Shown here piece after piece: positions 30,700 to 41,867 of a stretch of DNA of 64,000 bases. Made by a program: the position numbers and the translations under genes. Source of the stretch: an uncultured delta proteobacterium. Its GTDB lineage: Bacteria > Myxococcota_A > Polyangia > Palsa-1104. The number at the start of each line of letters is the position of its first letter. The first letter of the stretch is position 1. The stretch covers positions 32,001 through 96,000 of the forward strand of contig CAWAWS010000024.1 of NCBI GenBank assembly GCA_963785725.1, given 5' to 3'. The notes under the pieces are model-generated. The model searched no databases. It saw nothing but the letters and a program-made list of their open reading frames with translations, and was not told the origin of the DNA.

Positions 30700-31112
30700 T
30701 GGCAGTCGCCTACGGCCCGCGCCGCTTCAACGCGCTCACCGCGTTCATGCTCTTGTGCGCTCTGGCCGCGGCCTATTGGGTTTGGCGCTTTTTCCCCGCC
30801 TATTTCGATGCCTGGACGGTCGATCACGCGCTGCACGAGGCGGCCTCGACGAGCTACAAAGTGGCGCGCTTGCCGGAGCCGACGCGGTCGCAGCAGCTCA
30901 AGCTCATCGTCGAGCTGGCGCGCGAGAACATCGTCAAGAAGGCCAACGTCACCGATCCCGATTTGTACGTGGGCATGAACCTCGACGGCGATATCGTGAC
31001 GGTGAGCGCGGAGTACAGCGTCGTCGTCGAGCATCCGTACATCAATAAGCGGACGACGCTGCATTTTCATCGCGCCGAGTCGACGAACATAAAACGCGTG
31101 GACTGGGAATGA
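30699..31112 (+). CDS. Small single-TM protein (DUF4845-like)
   Basis: N-terminal TM, FFPAYFD, VSAEYSVVV...LHF. Confidence 0.6.
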   Translation: MAVAYGPRRFNALTAFMLLCALAAAYWVWRFFPAYFDAWTVDHALHEAASTSYKVARLPEPTRSQQLKLIVELARENIVKKANVTDPDLYVGMNLDGDIVTVSAEYSVVVEHPYINKRTTLHFHRAESTNIKRVDWE

Positions 31113-32023
31113 GCCCCGACGACGCGACCCACAGCGGCAAGCCGAGGTCGCGTCCGGGCAGCTCGTCGTGGCGCGCCTGCGCCTTCGTGTGCGGCTTGAC
31201 CGTCGCCAACACGGCCGGCGCGGCGCCGCTGCAGGTCGTCGTCGTCAAGCGCGCCGGCGTCATGGCCTACGAAGAGGTCGCCGAGGAGTTCGGCGATCGT
31301 TGCCGCGTCCACGTGCGGGTGGTCAGCTTCGGCGACGAAGGGCTGCACGGCGCGCGCTTCGGCGCCGACGAGCTCGTCGTCACCGTCGGGCAAGAGGCGC
31401 TCGACGCCGTGCGCGGCCAAAGAGCGCGCATCATTCCCACGTTGGCGTTCAATGCGTCGCCCGATCTCGTGGGACCGCCGGCGTCGCCGCATCCCGAATT
31501 GACCTTGAAGCTGCTGGCGCTGGCCAAGCCGGGTCGCATCCACGTCATCGGCGTCGTGTTCGGCAATCGCTCGGCGGCGCTGATCGCGACGGCGGAGCAC
31601 GCGGCCGCTCGGCTCGGTCTTCAGCTCATCGCCAAGCGCGTCGCCGACGGGCCGGAGGCCGTGCGCGCGCTGCACGAGCTGTCGGCGCGCGTCGACGCCC
31701 TGTGGCTGCCCGGCGACTCCGATGTCGTGACGCCGCAGGTGTTCCAGTACGCGCTCAAGCTGCAGCTCGAACGCGGCCTGCCGCTCATCGCGGCCACGCG
31801 CCAGCAGGTGCACTCGGGCGCGCTCATGGCCGCCGACTTCAGCGCGCGCGCGTCCGGCCGCATCGCCGCCGACCTGGCCAATCGCTACTTGGACGGCCTG
31901 TCGGTCGATCCGGCGCAGCTCGACCTGTATTCGGGCGCGCGGCTGACCGTCAACGCCACCGTCGCGCAGCGGCTCGGCGCCGACCTGCCGGCGCTGTCAC
32001 GCATGGGCGCGCGGCTCGAATGA
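31109..32023 (+). CDS. ABC_sub_bind-type periplasmic substrate-binding protein
   Basis: Signal peptide; IGVVFG, VDALWLPGDSDV, GALMA, LTVNATVAQRLG. Confidence 0.85.
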   Translation: MSPDDATHSGKPRSRPGSSSWRACAFVCGLTVANTAGAAPLQVVVVKRAGVMAYEEVAEEFGDRCRVHVRVVSFGDEGLHGARFGADELVVTVGQEALDAVRGQRARIIPTLAFNASPDLVGPPASPHPELTLKLLALAKPGRIHVIGVVFGNRSAALIATAEHAAARLGLQLIAKRVADGPEAVRALHELSARVDALWLPGDSDVVTPQVFQYALKLQLERGLPLIAATRQQVHSGALMAADFSARASGRIAADLANRYLDGLSVDPAQLDLYSGARLTVNATVAQRLGADLPALSRMGARLE

Positions 32024-32142
32024 GCGAGCGGCAGCGAGCGACTGTGAGCGTCCGGCCCGTCGGGCCAGCGGGTCGACCGACCCGTCACGGCGTAGCCGTG
32101 ACCGAGCGGCAGCGAGCGACCGTCAGCGTCCGGCCCGTTGGG
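32021..32142. repeat. Two ~44-nt direct repeats flanking hairpins (REP-like), read through as a 51-aa ORF 32020-32175
   Basis: TGA[G/C]CGAGCGGCAGCGAGCGAC[T/C]GT[G/C]AGCGTCCGGCCCGT[C/T]GGG twice; TCACGGC-GTA-GCCGTGA hairpin between. Confidence 0.8.
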
Positions 32143-32171
32143 TCTCGTCGTCGAGCTCCGAAGGAGTCTCG

Positions 32172-34277
32172 ATGACGCTCGAAGCCAAGCCGAAGCCGCG
32201 CCGCCGCTTTCGTACCCGCGTCTTCTTGTCGCTGCTCGGCCTGTCGCTGGTGACGTCGGTCGTCTCCGGCTGGGTCTTCTACAGCTTGCAGCTCAAGTTC
32301 ATCGAGCAGGATCGCGCCCGCCGCGCCAACACGCTCCTGACGAGCCTGGCGACGCAAGCGGAGCTCGGCGCCTACGCGCGCGACGCCAGCCTGTGCGATC
32401 TGCCGGCGCGGCGTACGTTTCGCGAGGACGACGTCGTCTTGGCCGGCGTCTACGATCCGGGCGGGCGCGAAATCTTGCGGCTCTCGGCGCCGGCGCTGGG
32501 CACGCCGCCGCCGCCGCCGCTGGCGATGCTGCAGCAGCTCTTGCGCGATCCCGATTCGCCGCCGCTGCGCATCGCCGCCGAAGGCTGGGACGACATGTGG
32601 ACGCCCATCGTCACGACCGCGCGACCGGCGGCGGCGGCGCTGTCGTCCGAGCCGGGCGGCCTGGCCACGGCGCGCGAAGTCGTCGGCTTGGCGCGCGTCG
32701 GCCTGTCGCTGACTCCGGCGCGCGAGCAGCTGCAAGAGGTCTTGCGCACCGGCGAATATCTGGCGGCGGCGCTGGCCTGCTTGGGCGCGCTGGCGGCGCT
32801 CTTCATCGCGCGGCGCATCTCGGGCCCGATTCTGGCGCTCGCCGCCGGCGCCGACGCCATCCGCGCCGGCAACTTGGACGTGCGCATCCACGCCGGCACC
32901 GACGACGAGATCGGCCTTTTGGCGACGTCGTTCAACGCCATGGCCGCCGAATTACGCGAGACCTTGACGAAGCTCGAGTCGCTCAATCGCAACTTGGAAG
33001 GCGAAGTGTCGCGGCGCACCGACGAGATTCGCCGCTCGGCCGAGTTCACCGCCGTCTTGAACGCCGCGCACGAAGGCGAAGAGCTGAAGAAGCTGCTCGA
33101 TCACGCCTTGGTGACGCTCGTGGCCGCGACCGAAGTGCGCGCGGCGGCGATCCTCCTGACCAACGAAGAGGCGCTCGAGTTCGAGCTGCAGGTGGCGGCG
33201 GCGCGCGGCGACAGCCCGCCGGCGTTCGGCACCGTGCCGACGCAAGCGGCGCTGACGACCGGCGCGTCGCTCGTCGAGGACAACCGCGCCATCATCCCCA
33301 TCGTCTTTCGCGGCCAGCCCGAAGGCGCCATCGCTCTCCTCGATCCGACGCCGCACGCCATCGGCTTCTCCGAGCGCGCCGCCGGTCAATTGGCGATCGC
33401 GATCTCGAACGCGCGCGCCTACGCGGCGCTGCAGCATCTGGCGCGCGAGCTCACCGAGCGCAACTCGGCGCTGGTCGCGCAACGAGACCAGCTGCAGCAG
33501 ATGAACCGGCTGAAGTCGGAGTTCTTGGCCAACGTCTCGCACGAGCTGCGCACGCCGCTGAACGCCATCTTGGGCTACACCGAGCTCATCGCCGAGGGCA
33601 TTTACGGGCCGACGACGGGCGAACAGGTCGAAGCGCTCGGCGGCGTCGAAGAATCGTCGCGCAACTTGCTGACGCTCATCAATCAGATCCTCGATCTGTC
33701 GAAGGTCGAGTCGGGCAAGATCGAGATCTACGTGACCGAAGTGGTCATGCACGACATCGCGCAGCACGTCGCGGCCGAGGCGCAGGTGCTGTTGCGCGAC
33801 AAGCCGGGGCTGAAGCTGTCGGTCGTGGCGCGCAGCCGCATCGTCGTCAAGACCGACGCCGCCAAGGTGCAGCAGATCGTCACCAACCTCGTGTCCAACG
33901 CCATCAAGTTCACCGACCGCGGCTCGGTCACCATCGAGATTACGCCGACCAAAGACGGCGGCTGCAACTTGGCGGTGCGCGACACCGGCATCGGCATTCG
34001 CAAAGAAGATCAACAGCTCATCTTCGAAGAGTTCCGCCAGGTCGACGGCTCTTCGACGCGCCGCTACGCCGGCACCGGGCTCGGCTTGGCCATCGCGCGC
34101 CGCTTCGCCCTCTTGCTCGGCGGCGCGCTCGTCGTCGAGAGCTCGGCCGGCTCGGGCTCGACGTTCACCTTGACCTTGCCGCCCGAGCCGCGCGGCCGTC
34201 CGCCGGCGCCACCGTCGACGCGCCCATCTGGTACCTTACGCGCGGTGCCGCCACCGCCGATTGCGAGGACGAAATGA
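32172..34277 (+). CDS. Sensor histidine kinase (periplasmic domain-HAMP-GAF-HisKA-HATPase)
   Basis: 2 TMs; DEIGLLATSFNAM; FLANVSHELRTPLNAI; NAIKFT; DTGIGI; GTGLGL. Confidence 0.95.
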   Translation: MTLEAKPKPRRRFRTRVFLSLLGLSLVTSVVSGWVFYSLQLKFIEQDRARRANTLLTSLATQAELGAYARDASLCDLPARRTFREDDVVLAGVYDPGGREILRLSAPALGTPPPPPLAMLQQLLRDPDSPPLRIAAEGWDDMWTPIVTTARPAAAALSSEPGGLATAREVVGLARVGLSLTPAREQLQEVLRTGEYLAAALACLGALAALFIARRISGPILALAAGADAIRAGNLDVRIHAGTDDEIGLLATSFNAMAAELRETLTKLESLNRNLEGEVSRRTDEIRRSAEFTAVLNAAHEGEELKKLLDHALVTLVAATEVRAAAILLTNEEALEFELQVAAARGDSPPAFGTVPTQAALTTGASLVEDNRAIIPIVFRGQPEGAIALLDPTPHAIGFSERAAGQLAIAISNARAYAALQHLARELTERNSALVAQRDQLQQMNRLKSEFLANVSHELRTPLNAILGYTELIAEGIYGPTTGEQVEALGGVEESSRNLLTLINQILDLSKVESGKIEIYVTEVVMHDIAQHVAAEAQVLLRDKPGLKLSVVARSRIVVKTDAAKVQQIVTNLVSNAIKFTDRGSVTIEITPTKDGGCNLAVRDTGIGIRKEDQQLIFEEFRQVDGSSTRRYAGTGLGLAIARRFALLLGGALVVESSAGSGSTFTLTLPPEPRGRPPAPPSTRPSGTLRAVPPPPIARTK

Positions 34278-34642
34278 CGAAGCGGGTGCTGTTGGTCGAA
34301 GACAATCCGCACAACCGCAAGATCTTCTCCGGCATGTTGACGCACTCGGGGTTCGAGGTGGTCGAGGCCGAGGATGGTCATCAGGCGATCGCCGAGATGG
34401 CCAGACAGCTGCCCGACATCGTGCTCATGGATCTGTCGATTCCCGGCATCGACGGCTGGGAGGTGACCCGCCGCTTCAAGGCCGACGCGCGCACCAAGGC
34501 CGTGCCGATCATCGCGCTGACCGCCCACGCCATGCGCGGCGACGAGGAGCGCGCGCGGGCCGCCGGCTGTGACCATTACCTGGCCAAGCCGGTGTCGCCC
34601 AAGAAAGTCGTGGAAGAGGTGCGCAAGCTCCTACCCAAATGA
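34274..34642 (+). CDS. Single-domain response regulator (DivK-like)
   Basis: LLVEDN, LMDLSIPGIDG, IIALTAHAMRGD, KP. Confidence 0.95.
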   Translation: MTKRVLLVEDNPHNRKIFSGMLTHSGFEVVEAEDGHQAIAEMARQLPDIVLMDLSIPGIDGWEVTRRFKADARTKAVPIIALTAHAMRGDEERARAAGCDHYLAKPVSPKKVVEEVRKLLPK

Positions 34643-34737
34643 TGGCCAACTAGCGACAAGTCGTAACGGATCCCGTTATCCACGTTTTCGTGATGGCGCT
34701 TTACCCCACACATCGGTTTGAGTAAAATCACACGAGC

Positions 34738-36354
34738 ATGGCGAAGCTGATCCTCACGTCGGGAGAGCAGCGTCAAGAGTTCGAGCTCGCTGCGCTCAAC
34801 ACCATCGGCCGCCATCCGGACAATTCGATCCAGATCCTCGACCGCATCATCTCCAAAGAGCACGCGCAGATCCTGAAGAGCGGCGATGGTCGCTTCCTCT
34901 TGCGCGATTTGGGGTCGCTCAACGGCACGTACGTGGCCGGCGCGCGCGTGTCCGAGGTGCTGCTCAAGCACGGCGACGAGCTGGTGCTCGGCTCGACGCA
35001 CCTCATGTACGTCGAGCAGACCGAGACCGAAGAGTCGCTCAACCGCGTGACCATCGCGCCCTCGTCGCTGGAATCGATCGTGCGCCACAAAGTGGACGCG
35101 ACCTCGGCCAACCGCGACTTCTTGCCCGAGAAGCAGATCGGCGACATCGAGCAGGTGCGGCGCGATTACGAGAAGCTGCGCATCGCCCACGAGCTCGGTC
35201 GCGCCATCGTCGGCGTGCTCGACTTCGAGCAGCTGCTGCCGCAGCATTCTCGACAAGGCGTTCGACCTCTTGGCGGCCGACCGCGGCGTCATTCTGCTCT
35301 ACGATCGACGACAGCAAGCTGACGCCGCGTTACGTCAAGCATCGCACCGGCCGCGACGACGATCAGATCGTCCTCTCGAAGTCGATCATCGCCGAGGTCG
35401 AGACGCAGAAGAAGGCCGTGCTCTCGTCGGACGCGACGATGGATTCGCGCTTTTCGGGCGCGCACTCGATCATCATGCAGGGCATTCGCTCGACGATGTG
35501 CGTGCCGCTCATCCACGGCGACGAGCTGCTCGGCATCATGCACATGGACTCGCAGATCGCGACCAACGCCTTCACCGAGAAGGATCTGCAGATCTTCACC
35601 GGCATCGCGGCGCAGGCGGCGGTCGCGATTCAGAACGCGCGGCTGGCGAAGAAGATCGAGGAAGAGACGAAGACGCGCGCGCAGTTCCAGCGCCTGCTTG
35701 TCGCCCAACCTCGTCGAGCAGCTGGTCGAGGGCAAGCTGCACCTCGAGAAGGGCGGCGAGCTGCGCGAGGTGACGATCCTCATCTCCGACATTCGCGGCT
35801 TCACGGCCATGTCGGAGAAGAAGGAGCCGGCCGAGATCGTTCAGATGCTGAACGAATACTTCGAGGTGATGGTCGACATCCTGTTCCGCGCGCAAGGCAC
35901 GCTCGACAAGTACGTCGGCGACGAGATCATGGCGCTGTTCGGCGCGCCCGTCGACATGCCGGACGCGCCGATTCACGCGGTGCACTGCGCGGTCGACATG
36001 CAGAAGGCGCTGCGCGAGTTCAACCGCACGCGCGTCGCCGAGGGGCTCGAGCCGATCAAGATCGGCATCGGCATCAACACCGGACGCGTCATCACCGGCG
36101 CCATCGGCTCGTCGCGCACGCTGCAGTACACGGCCATCGGCGACGCGGTCAACACCGCCTCGCGCTTGTGCTCCGTCGCCAAGCCGGGCGAGATCATCCT
36201 GTCGGAGGCGACGATGCGGCGCGTGGCCGGCCACGTCGACCTCGTGACCTTGCCGCCCGTGCGCCTCAAGGGCAAAGAGATGGAGCAGCAGATCTACAAC
36301 GTCATCGGCATGAAGGGTGACGAATGGCGGGCGGAACGCACGCGCCCGATGTAG
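34738..36354 (+). CDS. FHA-GAF-adenylate/guanylate cyclase (three +1 frameshifts near 35242, 35306, 35697)
   Basis: FHA motifs IGR, SKEHA, GSLNGT; GAF motif IRSTMCVPL; cyclase motifs SDIRGFT, DKYVGD, GDAVNTASRL. Four successive frames join into one protein. Confidence 0.9.
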
Positions 36355-36367
36355 TAGACTGCCGTCC

Positions 36368-37036
36368 GTGTTTGGGCGGCGGCAAACCTTACTCGTTCTA
36401 ACGATTGCGCTTTTGTCGGCGCCGGCGCGTGCGCAGCCGGGGCCGGTGCAGCAGTCGGCGCCGCTCGACAACGAGCCGGGCATCGTCGAGGCGCGCTCGG
36501 TGACGTGGCCGCTGACGGTCGACATGCACGCGCTCATCGGCTTCGAGCCGCACGATCGCGGCACGCCGGTGGCGTTCGGCGCCGGCCTCGAGCTCTTGCA
36601 TCGCGCGCGCATCGGCGGCTTCATCTCGCTGTTGGCGTCGGAGGGCGCGCCGATCATCACGCCGACGGTCAATGGCGTGCAGCAGCCGTCGTTCGCCGAT
36701 CGCATCTCGATCCCCTTCGGCTTCGCGGCGCGTCCGCTGATGCTGCTCGGCGTCGATCGCGATTCGTGGACGGGTCGACTGTTGTCGGGCATCGACCTGC
36801 AGCTCGGCATCACCATCGAGCACCTACGCACGAGCGACGACAGCGTGACGACGGCCGGCTTGCACGCCGCCGTCGCCGTCGAGGTGCCGATTTGGGGCGG
36901 GCCGAAGCAAGGCGGCGTGGCGCTGCGCCTGGCGGCGCGCTTCATCGTCACGCCGTCGGCGACGCTGGACGCGGGCACCGTGTTCGAGCCCATCGGCTCG
37001 ACGCAGCTGTTCGCCGGGCTGAGCTATTTTCCATGA
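36368..37036 (+). CDS. Secreted hypothetical protein, possible outer-membrane beta-barrel
   Basis: Signal peptide (APARA|Q); alternating beta-strand pattern; ends FAGLSYFP. Confidence 0.6.
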   Translation: MFGRRQTLLVLTIALLSAPARAQPGPVQQSAPLDNEPGIVEARSVTWPLTVDMHALIGFEPHDRGTPVAFGAGLELLHRARIGGFISLLASEGAPIITPTVNGVQQPSFADRISIPFGFAARPLMLLGVDRDSWTGRLLSGIDLQLGITIEHLRTSDDSVTTAGLHAAVAVEVPIWGGPKQGGVALRLAARFIVTPSATLDAGTVFEPIGSTQLFAGLSYFP

Positions 37037-38730
37037 CACCTTCTCATTCTTCGGCTTCATCGCCGGCACAGCTGGAAATTTGGAACCATCGCTTGGCGCA
37101 GGTGGCCGAGGAGATGGGCGTCGCGCTCGGCCGCGCGGCGTTTTCGCCCAACATCAAAGAGCGGCGCGATTATTCGTGCGCGGTCTTCGACGCCTTCGGC
37201 CGGCTGGTGGCGCAGGCGGCGCATATTCCGGTGCACTTGGGCGCCACGGCGCTGTCGCTCGGCGCCGTGCTGCAGACGATGACGCTGGCCGACGGTGACG
37301 TCGCCATCGTCAACGATCCGTACGCGGGCGGCACGCACCTGCCCGACATCACGCTCGTGCGCGCGGTGTTCGCGGGCGGCGAGCGCATCGGCTACGTCGC
37401 CAATCGCGCCCATCACGCCGACGTCGGCGGCGGCGCGCCCGGGTCGATGCCGATGGGCGTGCGCGCCGTCGGTGACGCGCTGCCGGAAGCGGAAGAGACG
37501 CCGGTGGCGATGGGGCCGCAATATGCGCAGGCGCCGAGCGCGACGTTGCGGACGCGCGCGGTCACGATCGACGAGGAAGGCGTGCGCATCGCGCCGTCGC
37601 TGCTCGATGACGCGATCGTGGCGCGGCTGTGCGCGGCCGCGCGCGCGCCGGATGACCGGCGCGGCGATCTGGCGGCGCAGCAGGCGGCGCTCGAGGTCGG
37701 CTGCCGGCGGCTGCAAGCGCTGGCCGCGACCTACGGCGCCGACACCTTGCGCGCCCGCGGCGACGAGCTCATCGCTTACGGCGAAGCGCTGTTACGGGCC
37801 GCCATCAGCGCCATCCCCGACGGCGTCTACGCCTTCGCCGACTCGCTCGACGACGACGGCGCCGGCACGCACGACGTCGGCGTCCGCGTGCTCATCCACA
37901 TCCAAGGCGACCGCGCCGTCGTCGACTTCTCGGACTCCGACGGCGAAGTGCAGGGCCCGCTCAACGCCGTGTATGCCGTCACGTTATCGGCGGTGGTCTA
38001 CGCGTTTCGCCTGCTCATGCCCCATGACGCGCCCACGAATCATGGGCTGTACGCGCCGCTCGACGTCATCGCGCCCGAAGGCTCGATCGTCAACGCCAAC
38101 CCGCCGCGCGCCGTCGCCGCCGGCAACGTCGAGACGTCGCAGCGCATCGTCGACGTCGTCTTGGGCGCGTTGGCGCAGGCGCTGCCCGGTCGTCTACCGG
38201 CAGCGAGCGCGGGCACGATGAGCAACCTCTTGCTCGGCGACGACGAGCGCGCCTATTACGAGACCATCGGCGGCGGCGCCGGCGCCAGCGCCAACGGACC
38301 CGGCGCCAGCTGCGTGCACACGCACATGACCAACACGCGCAACACGCCCGTCGAAGCGCTGGAGCAGGCGCTGCCGGTGCGCGTCGTGCGCTACGAGCGG
38401 CGGCGGCATTCCGGCGGCGGCGGGCAGTTCGCCGGCGGCGACGGCGTCGTGCGCGAGCTCGAGCTGCTCGCCGACATGACGGTCACCCTCGTCGGCGAGC
38501 GCCGGCGACGACCGCCGTACGGCCTCATGGGCGGCGGTCCGGGCGTTCCCGGCGAAGACTGGATCGAGCGCGGTGACGAACGCCGCCGCCTGCCGCCCAA
38601 GGTGACGTTCGCGGCGCGTGCCGGCGATCGCTTGACCATCGCCACGCCCGGTGGCGGCGGTTACGGCGACACGATGCGCGCGAAGTTTTGGGCGAGCATT
38701 CTGTCGGGCGAGGCTTTGAAGCTCGACTAG
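37033..38730 (+). CDS. Hydantoinase B / oxoprolinase family protein
   Basis: [59 protein letters not shown]. Confidence 0.95.
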   Translation: MTPSHSSASSPAQLEIWNHRLAQVAEEMGVALGRAAFSPNIKERRDYSCAVFDAFGRLVAQAAHIPVHLGATALSLGAVLQTMTLADGDVAIVNDPYAGGTHLPDITLVRAVFAGGERIGYVANRAHHADVGGGAPGSMPMGVRAVGDALPEAEETPVAMGPQYAQAPSATLRTRAVTIDEEGVRIAPSLLDDAIVARLCAAARAPDDRRGDLAAQQAALEVGCRRLQALAATYGADTLRARGDELIAYGEALLRAAISAIPDGVYAFADSLDDDGAGTHDVGVRVLIHIQGDRAVVDFSDSDGEVQGPLNAVYAVTLSAVVYAFRLLMPHDAPTNHGLYAPLDVIAPEGSIVNANPPRAVAAGNVETSQRIVDVVLGALAQALPGRLPAASAGTMSNLLLGDDERAYYETIGGGAGASANGPGASCVHTHMTNTRNTPVEALEQALPVRVVRYERRRHSGGGGQFAGGDGVVRELELLADMTVTLVGERRRRPPYGLMGGGPGVPGEDWIERGDERRRLPPKVTFAARAGDRLTIATPGGGGYGDTMRAKFWASILSGEALKLD

Positions 38731-38749
38731 CCGACCTATCTCCGGCTGC

Positions 38750-39028
38750 ATGCGCAACTTCGTACGAGTCACCGCGTTCGCCGTCTTGTTCGCGCCCGCC
38801 CTCGGATTCGCCGACGACAAGGTCAAAGACACCGCCGGCAACGCGGCACACACCGGCATCGACGCCGTCGTCGACAGCGGGCGCACCGTCGGTCGCACGA
38901 CGAAGGCCGCGGTCAAAGGCGGAACGCCGGCCGCGAAGGCGACGCTCGACGAGAACGCCGACAAGACCAAGCGCGACGCGCACGACAACGCCGCGGCGAC
39001 GCGCGCCGCCGCCCATGAATCGGAGTAG
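38750..39028 (+). CDS. Small secreted Ala/Lys/Asp-rich protein
   Basis: Signal peptide (ALGFA|DD) followed by a hydrophilic helical region. Confidence 0.65.
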   Translation: MRNFVRVTAFAVLFAPALGFADDKVKDTAGNAAHTGIDAVVDSGRTVGRTTKAAVKGGTPAAKATLDENADKTKRDAHDNAAATRAAAHESE

Positions 39029-39031
39029 CCG

Positions 39032-40323
39032 CTAGCCGTCTTTGTCTTTTTCGGGCTCGCCCGGCGGCTCGAGCGGCAGCCAGACGATGAACTCCGCGCC
39101 CTGGCCCGGCGGCCGCGATCCCAGATCGATGCGCCCGCCGTGCGAGCGCGCAATCCGCTGCGAAATCGCCAAGCCGAGGCCCGTGCCTTCGCCGACGTCT
39201 TTGGTCGTGAAGAACGGGTCGAAGATCTTCATCGCCAGCTCGGCCGGCACGCCCGGGCCGTTGTCGCGCACGCTGACGCGCACGCCGTCGCCGTCGGGCC
39301 CCGCCGAAATGTAAATTTCGCCGCCCGGCCCCGCCGCCTGCGTCGCGTTCGTCAGGAGGTTCATGAAGACCTGCTGCACCTGCCCGCCGCGGCAACGCAC
39401 GCGCGGCAGCGGCGAATAGAGCCGATGCACGGTCACGCGATCGCGCATCATCGGCGCCAGCAAGTGCAGCGTCGTCTCCAGGCCGGCGATGAGGTCGGTC
39501 TCCTCGATCTTGCCCACTTGCGGCCGCGAGAACGCCTTCAGGCCGGCGACGATCTGCGCCGTCCGCTCGGCGCCGGCGCGCACGCTCTTCAAGAGGCGCT
39601 CCCAATCCTCCATCAGGAACTCGAAGTCGATGCTCTCTTTGAACGCCTGCGCTTCGGCGCGCGTCTCGTCCGTCAGCTGCGCCGCTTCGTAGAGCCCGAT
39701 CAAGTTGATGAGATGGCGGAAATACTGCGCCAGGAAGTCGACGTTGCCGTAGACGAAGTTGATCGGGTTGTTGAGCTCGTGCGCGATACCGGCGACGAGC
39801 CGGCCGAGCGACGACATCTTCTCGTTCAAGACCAGCTGATCTTGCGCGCGGCTCAGCGCTTCGGTGCGCTCGAGGACTTTGCGCTCGAGATCCTCTTTGA
39901 CGCCGCGCTCGCGCGCCAACAGCGAGTGATACTTGCGCTGCACGCGCGACTCGGCCGTGACGTCGCGATAGGTCTCGAGCACGAGGCCGTTGCCGAGCGG
40001 CGTCGAGGTGACGATGAGCGTCAGGTCCTCGCCGTCGCCGCGGCGCGCGTGAATTTCGTGCATGCGCAGCGGCTTTCCGACGGCCACCGCGCGCCGCATG
40101 ATGCAGCTCTCGGCGCAGATCTCGAGGTTGAACAGCTTGTGGCACGGCGTTCCCGCCGCCGCCGCCGCCGCCACTTCGCGCGGACGCCGGCCGGTATAGG
40201 CGTCATAGGCCGAGTTGCGATAGAGGACATGATGCTCTTGATCGAGGATGACCGCGGCGTCGACGGCGCCTTCGAGCACGCGCTTCAGGTCGGCGAGCGC
40301 ATCATCGGCTGGGTTGATCGTCG

Positions 40324-40327
<4 letters not shown>
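39032..40327 (-). CDS. Cytoplasmic PAS sensor histidine kinase (NtrB-like)
   Basis: PAS with [48 protein letters not shown]. Confidence 0.93.
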
Positions 40328-40890
<563 letters not shown>

Positions 40891-40948
40891 CTAACCCTGG
40901 GGTTGGTCCTGTGTCGCGTGCTTGTAGTGCTGCTTGCATCGCGCGCGC

Positions 40949-41867
40949 TTATTGAGCGTTGGGCTGCCAGTAGAGTGACTTCAGCTCGGGCATGCCGGGA
41001 TCGAGCGTCGGCGCCACGAGCACGTCCTGATCCTCGATGCGGACGACCTCGGGCTCGACCATGACCGGCCGCCGCGTCTTGCCGCCCATGCGCGACGCCA
41101 GCGCGCGGTAGGGCTCGCCGCCGGCCGCCTTCCAGCCGTCGAGGCCGGGACCGGCGGCGCCGTGACCGAGCACCGCGGCTTTGACCTTGGCCACGAGATC
41201 GGGCGCCAAGCCGGTGGCGACCTCACAGAACGCCGGATTGGGCACGCGATCGCGCACTTCGAACAGCACCTTCAAGCCCTTGCCTTGGCTCTCGGGCGCG
41301 AACACGGCGTCGGCTTTGTGCAGGTTCACCGCCGCGACCGCGGCCGCGATGTCCGGCGCCGGCGCGCGCGAGGCGAAGAACTTGGCGACCTGCAATTCAC
41401 CGTCGAAGAGCGCGTTCGACAGGAAGTCGGCGTCGCGCGGACCGGAGGCGGCCAGGCTCAGCTTCTTGCCCTGCAGGTCTTCCACTTTCGTCACCGAGCC
41501 GGAGAAGAGCGCCCACTTCGGCGCCACGTCGCCGCCCGACGTCGCCGTCGCCAACACCTGCCACGGCACGCCACGCTGCGCCAGGTAGACGCCATCGACG
41601 ACCGCGAAATCGACCTGCTTGGCCTTGATGGCGTTCTCGAGAATCGGCGGCGCGCGCGAACGCCTTGCCATTCGCCGGCACGCCCAGCGACGTCACCTGC
41701 TGCGCGAGGCGATTGACGAACGCATAGCGCTCGGTGCCCGAATCGAACGGCGCATTGGGCGCGTAGATGGCGATGGTGATCGCCTTCTCGGCTGCGTGCG
41801 CGCTCGTCGCGGTCACGACCGCCGCCAACGAAGCCACCATTGTTGCGAGGGCGAACCGGAAAGTCAC
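40949..41867 (-). CDS. PhnD/phosphonate-type periplasmic binding protein (+1 frameshift near 41643)
   Basis: Signal peptide AHA|AE; AIKAKQVDFAVVDG, EDLQGKKL, KADAVF; two frames join at ARAAD/LENA. Confidence 0.7.

Noticed and set aside
32021..32142. Possible mini-CRISPR (two repeats with a ~34-nt spacer)
   Set aside because: Only two imperfect 44-nt copies, the 'spacer' is itself palindromic, and there is no leader or cas gene.
34738..36354. Programmed ribosomal frameshifting or pseudogene in the cyclase (also the phosphatase and TPR genes)
   Set aside because: No slippery heptamers at the shift sites; all are +1 insertions scattered across unrelated genes, which fits sequencing error better.
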